From: Hydrolagus colliei
Lineage: Eukaryota
Reading direction: 5' to 3'
DNA: 64,000 nt
Assembly: GCA_035084275.1 (NCBI GenBank)
Contig: CM068750.1
Location: 8,060,001-8,124,000, forward strand
A program made the position numbers and the translations under genes. Positions within the stretch are counted from its first letter, which is position 1; each line of letters begins with the position of its first letter. This document shows positions 61,611 through 64,000 of the stretch, in pieces. The notes below the pieces were generated by a model. That model saw nothing but the letters and a program-made list of their open reading frames with translations, did no database searches and had not been told where the DNA came from.

Positions 61611-64000
61611 GTACGTTACGCATTATCTGGCACCATTACACAGAAATCCTGATACTTTGCACTTATCAGGATTGCTGAGTCTTTTGTGGCTTATTATTTT
61701 CTAAAGTGCTTTCCAGACAGTGGTGGAGTTCAATGGAGGAGAGAAATAATGCATTTGTATAACTTCATTCTTTTCCAACAAATATTTACTATGAATCTAA
61801 AACAGTGAACTTACACATAATTTGTTATTGAATAAATCATTACTGTAAATGCCTTTATGTGAAAGTACACCTTCAGTTTCTTAATCCTATTCAAACATAC
61901 AGTTTAGTTGACCCATTTTACCCATTTTCTAACATTGCATTTTTATCTTCAAAGCATTCCCATCAAACAGACTGACTGCAGTAATACACACACACACCAG
62001 TAATAAATGAAGGTTCACTGTCATGCACATTAGAAAACATAACCAATGCCTCTAAATGAATTTAAGGCACAAAATCCAATCTTAAGGCTCAAGCACCATT
62101 CATAAAGCATACAAATGTTGTTCTTGCACTGTCTGATGTTCTCTGAGCCCCTGGATTGGATTACTACCTTGTAATTTACTCAGAGCTGTCAATTCTTCTT
62201 TGTATGGAAACAAACCTCTGTATCTTGACTGCCCTGAAAGTTTTTCAGAATGCAATTCGTCATAAAGGGTAGGATTTCTAAACTAGCCTAATTCAGTATG
62301 CTGTGCTGCCAAAGAGATTGGTTTAACACCAAATTTAGTTTTGATAATAAATAAATTCATCGCCCAGCGATTTTGTGCTTCACAATATTTTCAGCTCATT
62401 GTATGTGCTGTGTCCTATCCAAGCTATCACAAGCACATCAGCAACATGGATCTCAGGGCAGGATAAGGGAACTTTATTCTTTGCTTTGCACATAGTGACT
62501 GTGTCTAGCATGACTGGTTCAGACATACAGTTAGCCAGAATCACTTGAGAGTTCCTCGTACATCAGCCTGATAATGCGCCATGACCACAGACTCTGCTGC
62601 CTATTTCCTGTGACTGGGCTTGCTTAAGTAGAGCAAAGTCGTGCTGCGAACAGCTTTGCTCAGTCTGCTTGCCTGAACTTTGAGCTGGAGAATTTTTTAA
62701 TTCAGTTAATGTGAACGTGTTTCCAGCAGCTGAGGGAAGAGACCTTCGCCCCATCTGTTCAGTACAGCTCCGATTCCAGCAATGAAAGGGCATTGATGTG
62801 ATATACTACATCCCTCACTTTCCTGTTCATTACCACAAGCTACACAAACTCTGAGCAGTGCCTCAAGGTATTGAGCGGTCATTGTATGATCAAGATGTTA
62901 TGACCTCAATGTCATATTGAGCGAGATGTGTGTGCTTGCTGCCAGTGTAAGCAAATCCTTGTCGATCGCAAACGATCTCTTTGAGTAGGCATATTTTCTG
63001 TTGGTACTGTTGCACAGCTCTTATGGCTGCAATGAAGAAGGTGCATTGCCAAAGAGGGAGAAAATCTGTAGCCACCATGTGCAATGGAGGAAAACTCAAA
63101 ATATTTTATTAAATACTCTAAATGTCATTCAGATACATTGTTGAAAACTTGCCCCACTTAGAATCCCTTTGAACTCTGAACTCTAAGTGACAATTGGTTG
63201 AAGTGTTTTAATAGATTAGCAATCACAGCACTCCTTTAGATGCAATTCCCAGCCTAGAAATAACCTGACTCTTCTCATAATAATAAATGTACAGCAGTTC
63301 TTCCCTGACAAGAGGGGTGTGTCTTCATGTCCCTTTGCACCTTAAGCCACTGCTCACCATATGCTCACCATACGCCCTCCAAACCAGACAACATGATATG
63401 CCATCAAATCCCAAATATTGAAAAGCACAAAGTGTAGGATGCCCTCGTGTGGCCCTGTCTGAAAGTGCAGCATCGCTGAGATTCCCCTAACGTGGGTTCA
63501 AATGACATCCACTCTGATGGTTGACGCTGGTCCTGCATTGAACCAGGCTACCAATGAAAATCGTTGCGTGAGGATTCACCACCTGGCTGCCTCTGAACCT
63601 TGGCTGCCAACAATCTGTAGCCATGCTTGGCGATGTCCAAACTCATCAAAGCACACATTTGTTGCACGCATCTCATTGAAGCTACAGCTGAGTAGCCATA
63701 GGAGATGTGCAGTCAGGTGCAAGCAGTAATTCAGAGACAGAATGATTGAAGGGTGATTCCCTGACTATGATCAAGCAGATTGGGTTTAGTCACAAACCCA
63801 CTGTGCGCACACATACACACCTTCTTCACTTTTAGTGATACTTTTGTTTTGCACCATCTTGCCAATGAATAGGCAGCACAGAGCTGAATAGCGGGGACAA
63901 GATTCACATTTACATTTCTCAGTGAAGCGAGTTTGTATCTTTCCCAGATGAATTGCTTTCAAGATTTCTTGAATGTAAAGTGAAAGAGAAAGGAAAGTTG

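Overview
This is vertebrate genomic DNA, AT-rich and CpG-depleted, with one 165-N assembly gap. The repeat content (abundant L2 and CR1 LINE fragments, a tRNA-headed SINE with an L2-like tail, Deu-domain SINE copies) suggests a cartilaginous fish, possibly a holocephalan such as Callorhinchus; the species call is inference. The only host gene I can support is FUT8 (alpha-1,6-fucosyltransferase) on the + strand. Three consecutive coding exons (43400-43602, 60507-60625, 61448-61610) encode the cytoplasmic tail, transmembrane anchor, stem and start of the coiled-coil region, and the gene continues beyond the window. No CpG-island promoter is visible, so the first ~43 kb is probably 5' intron or upstream sequence, with a few candidate non-coding exons. 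Everything else is transposon-derived or simple sequence. I found no convincing novel multi-gene system. The best leads are: a young hAT-type non-autonomous element with a perfect 8-bp TSD carrying a G-quadruplex-type minisatellite; an inverted SINE pair with a clear template-switch duplication of unique flank; a co-varying 3' stem-loop shared by the L2 LINE and the SINE; a G-tract plus two uORFs in the FUT8 5'UTR; a candidate recursive splice site; and several near-perfect palindromes.
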